Assembly (NCBI RefSeq): GCF_037042905.1
Contig: NC_087250.1
Coordinates: 28,026,001-28,090,000 of the forward strand
DNA length: 64,000 nt
Direction of reading: 5' to 3'
Source: Lytechinus pictus
Taxonomy: Eukaryota
Position 1 is the first letter of the stretch. Every line of letters begins with the position of its first letter. The notes beneath the pieces are model-generated. The model had not been told where the DNA came from. It was given only the letters and a program-made list of their open reading frames with translations, and searched no databases. Shown one piece after another: positions 54,501-62,850 of this stretch. The position numbers were made by a program, and so were the translations under genes.

Positions 54501-57500
54501 GCATGTTCTAGGTGGGTAAACATTCATACCACAACGCATGTCATATTCTAAAATAGGATGTGCAGTATATCACAATGTGAACTTAATTGTGTATGGATAT
54601 ATTGATATATGTGACATGGTTTGTCTAAATCAGACAGAAGTCGCTCGATACCGAATTGAGAAAATCGGTAAAATGCTAAAAATCTTCCATGATGTCGAAA
54701 TTTTTATTTTTACATTTTAGGGATGTTCAATGTTTCAAGTATACTCTGTCAAAAAATCAATCGAAAATGATAACGGGAAAGTGTCAAAAAATCCGTTTTT
54801 CTGCGAGTGTTTTTTCGGTCAGTTCGAACTTTTCTGACACTCCGCTCGTTCAGCAAGCTAAAATCTTCGCGCCGTACTAAGCTCCGCCCCTAGCAACGTA
54901 CGCCATTGTTGATTGGCTATTCATAGTACTCACACGCAGCCGGTGCATGAAGGGGATTATTTAGCCGAAATCGATGAGCTGGAGTTAAAAATTGGCATCC
55001 CGTTAGTAAACTTTTAAGGCCTCAGGCCTTTAGAATTCGTATCCCGTTAGTAAATCTTTCTCAACAGGCATGCTTTTAAAAAGCGATGCTTTTGATCTAT
55101 TTTTTGAAGCGCGGGCGGGGAGGTTGTAATAGAACTGGGAAGGGCGGGTGCGTGGGCGATGAGCTCGATTATTGGTCTCAATAAAAGCCAAGGACAAAAC
55201 GTATTCAAAACACGGTTTGTGAGTGAGGATTAATTTCATTGAAATTACAAAGGATATGCTGAATTGAGAAATATTCTTTTATTTAATATTAGGCCCATTA
55301 TCAGGATTTTTTCATTAAGCGTTAAAATTGAGATGGCATTTTCAAAAGGAATGATTCTCAAATCCTTTAAAATATTGATCGTCAGTGAATGCGTGTTGAT
55401 TTATTAAGTTCAAGAGAACGAAAGAGATAAAATCTATCATTCTCCCCTTACTCTGTTGGTTCACTGTGTTTTCCCATGTCTTATTTTTTGTATGGATCTC
55501 TCTGTTAGCCATTGTCATATCATTATAACTATTGTTATCTGAGGGGTCTACGATCCAGCTTCTAAGTGGACCTCACCATTTCCAGCGAAATATTATTAAT
55601 TCACCATATTTTTTTTATTGCAACGAGTTTTTATCAATTTTGGTTCGCATTTATAAATGTAACTGAAAATATATAATATAACTGAAAGGTATATTGCATG
55701 TATTCTACTTTGTATTATTGGCATGATACTTGTATGAATTTTGGGGGAAATGAGAAAAAAAAATAAAAACTGAACTGAACTAAAACTGTAGCGGGAATAA
55801 TCATAATCACTTATTCAAGATAGGGAAAGTGGGATCTGGAAATGTATATTGTTTAGTGTACACTTTGTGAACTTATAGGGATTAGAATCATATCAAACCC
55901 TTTATGATTCCAACGTCTCGCCGTCAAATTTTCTCATGTCGTTTGAAGAAATGATAGCATTAACGAAATGTTAACAAAGATACCAACAAATCCAATAGAA
56001 AAATGAAACAAGAAAAAAAAATTGCTTAATCAATCACAATCACCAACGATAATCGTGATTCAGGGTAACTACAATGATAATGATAGTATAATACAAACAA
56101 AGATAATAATAATGATAATACAAAATAGCAATTATAATTACAGGGATGATGATGATATTCGTGAAAATGATAATTATGATAATTAAAAGAAAATCAATAA
56201 TTAAATATAAAAATCAATTTGAGCTTGTACTGCCTTTTCAGTATCTCAACAGTTATGGCTATCAAAATAAAATAATTCTAATCAATTTAAGAATCATAAA
56301 CTACTAGGCTTGATCTTAGTGTTTTCTTGCTATAGGCCTATATGCATAATAACGTTCTCTGATGGGTGAGAAAAAAAATGGCATTAATACTGAATCTTGC
56401 TTGTGGTTTAATGTTATTGTGATAGAAAATAATAATAAAAATCAAAACCAGCATGTTCGAGTTAGCATCTGTGTCTGGCTTTGGTAGGCCTATTCATGAC
56501 GAAATGCTAACAACGCAATCATTACAAAAATAAATTTAAAAAACAATCTGTTACGATTCCTATTTTTTACTTTTGATGGTGCAAGCATAGGCCTTTACGT
56601 AGAAACAAGTGGAATGCCTCTGGCCGTCTCACCTGCATCACGCGATTCAATATAGCAGCAGTGCTGATTTTGAAAACTACTATAACTCGCACAAGATGTT
56701 CAGTGATACTTGGTTACTCTTATGTCCACGTTTTATGAACTAGACCAATACACTTACAAAGATGTTCAGTGATACTTGGTTACTCTTATTTCCACGTTTT
56801 ATGAACTAGACCAATACACTTATAGAGATATGATGGCAATTCAACAAATACCCCCAACGTGGCCAAAGTTCTTTGACCTTACATGACCTTTGACCTTGAT
56901 CATGTGACCTGAAACTCGCACAGGATGTTCAGTGATACTTGATTACTATTATGTCCAAGTTTTATGAACTAGACCAACACACTTTCAAATTTATGGCTGT
57001 AATTCAACAAATACCCCAATTTGGCCAAAGTTTACTGACCCTAAATGACCTTTGACCTTGATCATGTGACCTGAAACTTGCACAGGATGTTCAGTAATAC
57101 TTGATTACTATTATGTCCAAGTTTCATGAATCAGATCCATAAACATTCAAAGTTATGATGGTAATTCAACAGATACCCCCAATTCGGCCAAAGTTCATTG
57201 ACCCTAAATGACCTTTGACCTTGGTCATGTGACGTGAAACTCATGCAGGATGTTCAGTGATACTTGATTAACCTTATGTATAAGTTTCATGAACTAGGTC
57301 CATATATTTTCTAAGTTATGATGACATTTCGAAAACTTAACCTTAGGTTAAGATTTTGATGTTGATTCCCCCAACATGGTCTAAGTTCATTGACCCTAAA
57401 TGACCTTTGACCTTGGTCATGTGACATGAAACTCAAGCAGGATGTTCAGTAATACTTGATTAACCTTATGGCCAAGTTTCATGAACTAGGTCCATATACT

Positions 57501-58794
57501 TTCTAAGTTATGCTGTCATTTCAAAAACTTAACCTAAGGTTAAGATTTGGTGTTGACGCCGCCGCCGCCGTCGCCGTCGCCGCCGCCGCCGCCGTCGCCG
57601 CCGCCGCCGCCGTCGCCGCCGCCGTCGGAAAAGCGGCGCCTATAGTCTCACTCTGCTATGCAGGTGAGACAAAAAGACATATTTGATAATGAACAATGAA
57701 GATAGTCCAGGATGTAGCGATGTTATCCGACAACTTCTCAGATCTGACATCTTTCCTTGGTTTCGATTGGCCTTTACTATAGTAACTATCGGATAAAACA
57801 GGACTTGTCGGAAAAAAACGTCCGACAAGTCCTTTCTATCACTCCCCAGATTTGACATAAGTTATGTCAGAGTATTCTGTGATAAACAATGTATCAAAAA
57901 ATGTGAGAAAAACGCTACATTATAAGAATGACACTCAGACATTTCAATCATAGTCCAACATTTTTAAAAGAATTTTGATTGATAACTTTATGTAGCATAA
58001 GATAATTAAATTGCGGAAACGTCCAATTTTGATGTTCATCATAAAAAAGACAAAGTATGGATTTCTGATCATAATTGGCATCCATTCGCAAGGGCATACA
58101 CCAAATATTTAACCTTTAAGCAATGAGTCGACCTGATAGTGGATGTGAAGAACAAAAAAAATTATAGATTTTATTATCAGCTCAAAATGTAGAAAATCTT
58201 CCAGGGAGCAAACAATGCGATCATCATTCTCATTATCCGGGGTACATCGAGATTCATCGAAATAGAGGGCTCTCGAATATCTGAAAATGTTGCTCTAAAT
58301 GAACGGAATAAAGGTTAGGTGTCAAAGGAACTGGTCTTACAGAATTCAAGATCGGTTAAAAAGAGTTCCTATTGATGAAGGGGGAGGGGCATTCAATATA
58401 TCATCAGAAAATGGGTCGTTATGATAACCTTAGTGCACCACGAGTAAAGGCATGCTCCCACCCCAAAATCCACCTCTGATTTTGGTGATCAGTATTACAC
58501 AAAGAGTTCGGCATCATTATTAAGCCTTTTTGCTCACGATGGCGGTCACCTGCTTTCGTTTAAAATATGATTTTGTTCATATTAAATTTCATTGATTATT
58601 ATTACGAGTATTGATTACTGATATGTTAAAATTACCCTTTTTTGTGTTATTTCGATACTTATCTCTGATGTGAATGCAGATATAAACTCAACAAATCAAA
58701 CTGAACAATAATGCTCCAGTGACTAAATATCGGTAGATATGAAATCGGTGTCGTTGATGTGACTGCAACATACAAATATATTAAATATTATGTA

Positions 58795-58839
<45 letters not shown>

Positions 58840-61800
58840 TGCGTCCCAGAATAAACGAAATCGAGATTTAGCGATGATTTATCATAACTTAATCATAAAT
58901 ACAATATACAAATGACCTATCAATGTAAAGCTTAGAATCTCTTCTTTCATCTGATATTACTTAGATTGTTTTTAATTCACGCATGAGTGAGCAAAAACAA
59001 TTTGAATAAAGGATACCAAAAACTCATTTGGCGGGGGGTATCTGAATTTCAAAAAGAAAACCACGTGCCTAAAAAGTTCAATATCTGCTCTTTCATTTGA
59101 TACCTTAATCACAAGAAATGGTCCAGAAGTAAAAAAGTTATGTTCCCTCAAAACAAAGCTTGTATTTCCATAATTTCATTAAATAAACTTGTTTTCACCG
59201 GTTTCCCACAGAAGCTTTCGCTCGGTTAACAAAAGACTTAATGCATGGCTGATCTTCAACAAACGGAGTGTCGAGTGAGTTTGAACGCTAGCCTGTAAAA
59301 CCTCTTCATTTTATGAAATTATTGAAATTCAAGCCTTATTTCAAATAACCAGAACTTTCTTATTTCTTGACCATTTTCTGTAATTGAGGTATCAAATTAA
59401 AGAGCAGATATTGAATTTTTGAAAAATGTGGTTTTTGTTTTGAAACCCAGATACAGCCCGCCAAATGACTTTTCGTTATCTCCTCTTCAAATTGTTTTTG
59501 CTCACTCATGCGTGAATGAAAAATGATCTAAGTAATTCCAGATAAAAGAGGAGATTCTAAGCTTTACAATGGTAGGTCATTTGTCTATTGTATTTGTGAT
59601 TAAGTTATGATAAATTATTGATAAATCTCGGTTTCGTTTTTTGTGGGACGCACTGTATATATAAAATCATACCTTGAGAGGGTTGTATGCTTATCTCAGC
59701 AGTCAAAGAACGATAGTAGACGGCTTCAGTGAACAGCCATATAGATGGATGCTGGACTAACACAAACTGACCGTATCTCCATGAACATCGGAAGGTCCCC
59801 TTGGTGCGCTCGACTTTGAAAGCTAGGTGGTATTCGTGGAGATTTATAAGATTCTCAGGAAAATTTACACCTATAGCGTATCCGTCCACGCTCTGTATGT
59901 ACCAAGACGCGGGACGATATGGGAACGAGAACCCCGTGTAAGTCATTGGATCCAAAACCAACGGTTTATCAATTTCCATAGATATACGATGAGCGTTGTT
60001 TTCTGAAATGACGAAAAAGCAAGCACGATAATGATGGTCATAAAATAAAGCAATTTTCGTTTAGATTTTAAACATAAAATAATGCTAGAGGATGGATCGG
60101 GTGATGTTGGTGTGAAAACGTTTATTTTCGGTACTTTGGGTTTAAAACACGCCCTTCTGGCAATGTGATTGTTTATAATTGGACTAACGTGGACTTTGCT
60201 GTAGATTACTTTCATCGAACAATGAGCTAACCAGATAGTGTAAGTTAACCTCGATAGATGGAATGAAAAAAATATTCACCATTAGCTAAGAAACTGAAGT
60301 TTAGTGATAGTCCAGACCTCTCAATATTTCAACCAAAAATCTAAAATAATTGCATTTTTTCAATTTTGTCCCCTAAATGAAATGTGACCTCTCAAACAAG
60401 AATGTGATACTACCCACAGATGGTTTGTTTCTAGTTTGAATAAAATTGATGTCCCCCAAAAAAAATTATAATGAAAGTTTAAAAAACGAAGAAAAATTAT
60501 AAACATGGCCTCAAATCACTTGAACTTTTGACCCCTACATGATCAATCACCCTCATCAACGCATGTAGTATTGCCCAAGAATCATTTGTTTAAAGTATGA
60601 ACAAAATTGATGTAGAAATGAATAAATGAGAGCAAGTTAAACAAAAACATTTTCATACAGACCAACATCATACACCAACATTAACTGCCAATATAATTTT
60701 TTAGCATAATTATGTGGTGTGTTCGTGGCGTAACTGGGTGCAAGCAAGATGGGACATTGGCATGGTGTGCAGCTAGTCGTGCAATAAACAAAATCAAAAC
60801 TAGTTGAGCAAACTCAAGTCCTGTACTGGCTCTTTTGAATTTCAAATTCATTTCTTTTATTTTTTTTTCTGTTACAAAGCCAAAGAAAAAATGTCGATCT
60901 AGTCACTAGTGAAAATCTAGTATTCAAATCATTCAGACAATATTTTTGATTAGGCCTACCATAAAAGCAATATGCTTTATACCTTAATACCGCATGTACT
61001 GGACATATACAGTTGTGTATGCAGTCAAGTTTCCAGGTCTATCTAGTACTGTACGTTGTTTTCCTAGCTTGAATCAATTGCTTTCCGTGCTATTTGTGCG
61101 TTGCTGTGCCAATTCAGTGACTAATACTAATAAAATCAAATCGCAAATGGTTCTAGACATTGGGGTCTAGATCTGTTTAACGAATTGAAAGTGGCTGTGA
61201 GCATAAACAAATTATATTTTCTACGGCATTTTTTCACGGATTTCGATATATGATTTGGTTGAAAACTATGTAGTATTGCTCGTAAAAATCAACAATTTCA
61301 CACATTGACATGACATAATACCACGTTCATTGGCCATAAATGACATTTGAACGGTTACTTAAAGGTCAAGTCCACCTCAGAAAAATGTTGATTTGAATGA
61401 ATAGAGAAAAATCAGACAAGCACAATGCTGAAAATTTCATCAAAATCGGATGTAAAATAAGAAAGTTATGACATTTCAAAGTTTCGCTTATTTTTAACCA
61501 AATAGTTATATGAACGAGCCAGTTACATCCAGATAAGAGAGTCGATGATGTCACTCACTCACTATTTCTTTTGTTTTTTATTGTTTGAATAATACAATAT
61601 TTCAATTTTTATGAATTTGATGATTAGGACCTCCTTGCCTGAAGAACAAAATGTTAAAATAATGGAATTCCTCGTGTTCAGGGAGGAATGAAACTTCATT
61701 TCACATGGCAATGACGAGAAAATCAAAATATTTCATATTTCATATAATAAAATACAAAAGAAATAGTGAGTGAGTGACGTCATCGACTCTCTCATCTGGA

Positions 61801-62850
61801 TGTAACTGGCTCGTTCATATAACTATTTTGTTAAAAATAAGCGAAACTTTAAAATGTCATAACTTTCTTATTTTACATCCGATTTTGATGAATTTTTTAG
61901 TGTTATGCTTGTTAAATTTTTCTCTTTTTATTCAAATCAAGTTTTTGTTGGGGTGGACTTGTCCTTTAATACTTGTAACCTACACCTATGGCCACATTTC
62001 ATTCAATCTATCCATAAACTTTCAAATTCATGATGGCAATTCAACAATTACCGCCACATTGCCTAAGTTTATTGACCTTAACTGAACTTTGACCTTGGTT
62101 TGTGACCTGAAACTTACAGGGGATGTTCACAGATACTTGATTATTCCTAGATTCCAAGTTTTATGAACTAGATCTATAAGCTTTCAGAGTTATGATGGTA
62201 ATTCAACAAATACCCCCAACTTGGCCAAAGTTGATTCAATTCAATTCAATCTTTATTTCGCAAAATAGGATAAAAATACAAATGATGACTTGTCAAAATG
62301 GGTGGTACACGAAATGTTAAAGGACGAAATGGCATTAGACATAATAAAGGTAGACCATGAGGTGAGTGGACTGGATGAGTATACAAATTTGCACTTTATA
62401 CCCTACCAAAGAAGCAAAGACATCGAAAAACAAACGGCACCTTGTGAAACCACAGAGCTTTTTGTAATAGCTATATATAGTGAAACTTAGCCAGGCGCTC
62501 GCTACGTTATAATAGCGAGGTAAAGTCATGCAGGGCCAGCTGAAAGATGAGACAATAACAGGAGTGGCTACCGTGGGTTACTATGAGATACATTATTATT
62601 CAGTAGTAGTCTTATTTTTATTATTATTAGTGTTATGATTATTATCTTGTGATTTTTTTTATTAGTATTATTATTATCATTATTATTTTTAACATAGTAT
62701 TATTATCTATTGCTATAATCATTTTTATTTCCTTACCTAGTAGGCAGTTGAACCCAGCAAAACCTGGAAAACATGTACAGGTGAATCCATAACGTATATC
62801 ACGGCAGTAGCTACCTGCAGAACATGGCGAGTCATTGCATGTAGGAGCCA
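409..62850 (-). CDS. Partial multi-exon gene encoding an extracellular protein with alternating EGF-like and divergent CUB-like domains (EGF-CUBL)x4-EGF; joins 62850-62737, 60002-59673, 39463-39338, 30080-29745, 27882-27766, 27063-26884, 23498-23343, 10005-9901, 6051-5716, 519-409
   Basis: Ten exons with pyrimidine-tract/AG acceptors and GT donors. All are phase 1-1 with lengths divisible by 3, and they join into one open frame of 1911 nt. No start or stop codon lies in the window. Confidence 0.85.
712..1300 (-). mobile_element. L2-clade LINE 3' fragment
   Basis: LKDLHWLAIKDRIVFKIQLL...GPAPD...RTLRSS matches the L2 ORF2 C-terminal motif; degenerate short-repeat tail near 712-790; boundaries approximate. 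Confidence 0.7.
1316..1934. mobile_element. Kolobok-like MITE (variant TIR)
   Basis: TTAA at 1312-1315 and 1935-1938; TIRs agggatggtccgggct / agcctggaccatccct; long internal inverted arms. Confidence 0.8.
2688..3470. mobile_element. HINE/pearl-like element with a family A Kolobok-like MITE (2879-3441) inserted in its TTAA
   Basis: Terminus ttttgtctcgcccaccagagg is shared with the 21643 copy. Host aacattaa..ttacgtg is contiguous in the 22311 copy. TTAA is duplicated at 2875-2878 and 3442-3445. Confidence 0.7.
4433..5118 (-). pseudogene. Decayed duplicate of the CUB-like 4 exon, interrupted by a retroposon-tail-like insert
   Basis: Phase-1 acceptor (tgtttcag) and G/gtgagt donor. Three collinear motifs, IYGEPNG / VPINHCGIE / LWYQLF*LA, match ILDWPDG / VPMHDCGIE / IWFQLYSTA of the 5716-6051 exon. 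Contains stops and frameshifts. Confidence 0.6.
5716..6051 (-). CDS. Exon, divergent CUB-like domain 4
   Basis: Pyrimidine tract then cacag acceptor, G/gtattt donor, 336 nt open; DVDVKDLILDWPDG...RVTVPMHDCGIEYILENY...SNIWFQLYSTA...IISTKCDMYEQ. Confidence 0.88.
6111..6480. mobile_element. Palindromic (foldback) MITE, probably PIF/Harbinger-like; half copy at 7081-7330
   Basis: Starts ggcccgaattcacaaagg; about 150-bp inverted arms around gagtccact/agtggactc; direct copy of the left arm at 7081. Confidence 0.7.
8435..9038. mobile_element. Kolobok-like TTAA MITE family C
   Basis: TTAA flanks, terminus ggattcccct; highly similar by eye to 20919-21522 (inverted) and 25705-26310. Confidence 0.82.
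9403..9580. mobile_element. 178-bp hairpin MITE with 10-bp TSD (Mutator-like)
   Basis: Perfect 70-bp inverted arms 9405-9474 / 9510-9579; tattaagtag duplicated at 9393-9402 and 9581-9590. Confidence 0.8.
9901..10005 (-). CDS. Exon, EGF-like domain 4
   Basis: ttcatttgtag acceptor, G/gtaagg donor, 105 nt; ESCHRGTCSYGECSDITNEYSCRCEPGYGGVNCVE. Confidence 0.92.
10587..13410. mobile_element. hAT-like non-autonomous element rich in gcgagcgcgaagcgcg motifs, split by a LINE
   Basis: Begins cagtggcgtacc; recurring motif shared with 15360-15950, 18200-19520 and 48470-54100; right boundary approximate. Confidence 0.55.
11586..13341 (+). mobile_element. 5'-truncated CR1/L2-group (Crack-like) LINE; reverse transcriptase pseudogene
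   Basis: QYGFR, DISKAFD, GIPQGSILGPLLFLIYIND, FADDT and KFLGV motifs across frameshifted ORFs 11648-12868; 3' UTR ends aataaa(tcaaa)n. Confidence 0.93.
13440..14075. repeat. Degenerate tandem repeat (agtcttttttccagacccg motif)
   Basis: Motif at about 13522, 13591, 13640, 13689, 13788 and 13892. Confidence 0.6.
14077..15352 (-). mobile_element. 5'-truncated LINE (Rex1/Babar-like, CR1 group), ORF2 C-terminus and 3' UTR
   Basis: MKLNPSKC, KILGVTIQSNLKWDEHV, YIRPLLEYCTPVF, LERVQKR, RFRNSPIPYFIDLLN; one in-frame stop at 15025-15027; (ttgaa)n tail at 14077-14090. Confidence 0.88.
16010..16272. repeat. About 36-bp tandem repeat (ttttcggattaacgaaccttcggaataacgaacc)
   Basis: About 6-7 degenerate units. 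Confidence 0.75.
16590..18170. repeat. Degenerate ~380-bp tandem units, probably the interior of a DNA transposon
   Basis: tgtcacagcacacccttg...ttctgg recurs at about 16700, 17100, 17480 and 17850. Confidence 0.65.
20327..20550. repeat. G-rich ~15-bp minisatellite (gggggtagttgtcc)
   Basis: About 13 units. Confidence 0.9.
20551..20918. mobile_element. Kolobok-like MITE family B, one end missing
   Basis: Reverse complement of 53342-53735; ends ctggaatttctct followed by TTAA. Confidence 0.78.
20919..21522. mobile_element. Kolobok-like MITE family C
   Basis: TTAA-aggggaatcc...ggattcccct-TTAA. Confidence 0.85.
21643..22455. mobile_element. HINE/pearl-like element containing a hAT-like MITE (21779-22123)
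   Basis: Subterminal IR tgtctcgcccac / gtgggcgagac, (gtcc)n microsatellite and core repeats; the inner element is flanked by cttcagtt / cttcagtc. Confidence 0.7.
22870..23328 (-). mobile_element. Penelope-like retroelement 3' fragment (GIY-YIG endonuclease C-terminus and terminal repeat)
   Basis: DKNSHIWKHL...FKILD...LKIKEGLFIKWKQPQLNQQ, followed by a hammerhead-like motif; left boundary approximate. Confidence 0.82.
22923..22960 (-). ncRNA. Minimal type I hammerhead ribozyme, mutated core (probably inactive)
   Basis: agg-CUGAUGA-U-[GAGGUG cga CACCUC]-GACA-CAUGUU-cc; the canonical GAAA reads GACA. Confidence 0.6.
23343..23498 (-). CDS. Exon, C-terminal half of CUB-like domain 3
   Basis: Long pyrimidine tract ending ccgctccag, G/gtaagt donor, 156 nt; DNLEAPMMYRSYKDPDGSISGTYINFPETSLWLQSDIREMKSIVKIYESCVN. 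Confidence 0.87.
23782..24100. mobile_element. Harbinger-like MITE with a ~49-bp tandem duplication at its left junction
   Basis: gggtcccgtcttacagagagttgcgatt / aatcgtaattctttctaagacggggacc inverted termini; 23767-23865 is a direct duplication. Confidence 0.65.
25705..26310. mobile_element. Kolobok-like MITE family C
   Basis: TTAA flanks; near copy of 8435-9038. Confidence 0.85.
26884..27063 (-). CDS. Exon, N-terminal half of CUB-like domain 3
   Basis: ttttccttcctag acceptor, G/gtaatg donor, 180 nt; EYFVRHIQVNASFPASIPG...AYRVKVTSGCSIGIEFRSYHWLSKLTIK. Confidence 0.87.
27517..27564 (-). CDS. Candidate 48-nt linker micro-exon (VGNDQSGIPRIQNGSS)
   Basis: Strong T-rich acceptor ending ttttgcag, A/gtgggt donor, phase 1-1 and open; no homology support. 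Confidence 0.35.
27766..27882 (-). CDS. Exon, EGF-like domain 3
   Basis: tgcag acceptor, G/gtaaaa donor, 117 nt; GRTPHCTNNSCNHGVCTDLDGDGYACQCQVGFQGLDCRD (a different frame from the ORF track entry). Confidence 0.92.
28170..29105. repeat. About 21-bp minisatellite (gagggaatgagttggtaagtc) with higher-order units
   Basis: About 44 units; 4-mer (~83 bp) blocks at 28170-28500 and 3-mer (63-84 bp) blocks at 28590-28760. Confidence 0.9.
29745..30080 (-). CDS. Exon, divergent CUB-like domain 2
   Basis: ttttctaccttag acceptor, G/gtaagt donor, 336 nt open; DSRVHKFFINSSESVDIPVP...LLIQTVPGCGIGIAEKF...HPELFIESE...LQVTSQCDE. Confidence 0.88.
31271..31840. mobile_element. Kolobok-like MITE family A
   Basis: TTAA-aggtcaagtccacc...ggtggacttgtcct-TTAA. 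Confidence 0.87.
34448..35581 (+). mobile_element. L1/Tx1-clade LINE 3' fragment with 5' inversion
   Basis: The plus part encodes the zf-RVT region (FNFKFLYK...SPLCFKCK...HLSYDC) and ends in an A-rich tail. The minus part encodes the upstream ORF2 region (IPEKWK). 15-bp TSD aaatcacttttacgt at 34433-34447 and 35582-35596. Confidence 0.85.
36311..36980. mobile_element. Harbinger-like non-autonomous element, 3-bp TSD
   Basis: TIR gggtgatttcaagtacggtgttg / caacaccgtacttgaaatcaccc; ATT duplicated on both sides. Confidence 0.8.
38625..38910 (-). pseudogene. Decayed CUB-like exon
   Basis: Phase-1 acceptor (ttatatag). DVIQELSPFISLPN...VELNYTNVQNCNIS parallels LLIQTVPGCGIG. After a frameshift and stop, TIWNNKMSIFKTINCLRG parallels MKSIVKIYESCVNG. 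The donor position reads GC. Confidence 0.45.
39338..39463 (-). CDS. Exon, EGF-like domain 2
   Basis: tttctttacag acceptor, G/gttaga donor, 126 nt; ELSLDDPCSKVDCGFGDCKSLDIHLGYVCSCKPGFHGVNCKN. Confidence 0.92.
41650..42190 (+). mobile_element. L2-clade LINE 3' fragment
   Basis: YKLGVLVFKALNDKSPPYISELL...SLRS...DRAFYISGSKLWNSLP; tail aagcgcc...gcgcttt followed by (cat)n. Confidence 0.8.
43330..43610 (+). mobile_element. Degenerate LINE reverse transcriptase N-terminal fragment
   Basis: ATRPDEISATLL...ILPAISLLF resembles the K-A-x-G-P-D-x-I motif of LINE RT; many stops. Confidence 0.45.
44927..45046. mobile_element. 120-bp hAT-like MITE
   Basis: cagtagcgtaccgtg / cacggtccgccactg termini; perfect 8-bp TSD cctgctac. 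Confidence 0.85.
45162..45998. repeat. About 840-bp almost pure purine (GA) tract
   Basis: Only scattered pyrimidines on the plus strand. Confidence 0.95.
46010..46980. repeat. About 30-bp tandem repeat (ggggcgccgaattgatgttcgaacta)
   Basis: About 30 degenerate units with no unique spacers. Confidence 0.9.
49705..52035. mobile_element. hAT-like MITE, itself containing a further element (49926-51999)
   Basis: TIR catgggcggaaatc / gatttccgcccctg; perfect 8-bp TSD cgaattat. Confidence 0.8.
52407..53206. mobile_element. Tc1/mariner-like MITE with long TIRs
   Basis: TA-cagtgcgtcccaga...tctgggacgcactg-TA; arms about 330 bp; second copy at 58837. Confidence 0.88.
53342..53735. mobile_element. Kolobok-like MITE family B
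   Basis: TTAA-agagaaattccagt...actggaatttatct-TTAA. Confidence 0.82.
56604..57676 (+). mobile_element. HINE/pearl/Tsp-like (Helentron-associated) non-autonomous element
   Basis: Subterminal IR gtctcacctgcat / atgcaggtgagac, tandem core repeats and a (gcc)n microsatellite before the 3' end; partial copies at 54103-54307 and 61970-62232. Confidence 0.72.
58790..58836. repeat. (TA)n microsatellite at the Tc1-like MITE junction
   Basis: Direct reading of the sequence. Confidence 0.95.
58837..59655. mobile_element. Tc1/mariner-like MITE
   Basis: TA-cagtgcgtcccaga...tgtgggacgcactg-TA; same family as 52407-53206. Confidence 0.88.
59673..60002 (-). CDS. Exon, divergent CUB-like domain 1
   Basis: tcgtcatttcag acceptor, G/gtatga donor, 330 nt open; ENNAHRISMEIDKP...SWYIQSVDGYAIGVNF...SIWLFTE...EISIQPSQ resembles the CUB W-x-I-x4-G-x2-I-x3-F and late S-x-W-L motifs. 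Confidence 0.85.
61359..61969. mobile_element. Kolobok-like MITE family A
   Basis: TTAA-aggtcaagtccacc...ggtggacttgtcct-TTAA. Confidence 0.87.
62737..62850 (-). CDS. Exon, EGF-like domain 1
   Basis: ttttcactag acceptor, G/gtaagg donor, 114 nt; VAPTCNDSPCSAGSYCRDIRYGFTCTCFPGFAGFNCLL has the six-Cys EGF pattern. Confidence 0.93.
   Translation of the reverse strand, partial: WLLHAMTRHVLQVATAVIYVMDSPVHVFQVLLGSTAY

Noticed and set aside
409..62850. Naming the gene cubilin, fibropellin, Notch, tolloid or EBR1
   Set aside because: The domain order does not match any of them and the termini are outside the window, so no symbol is assigned
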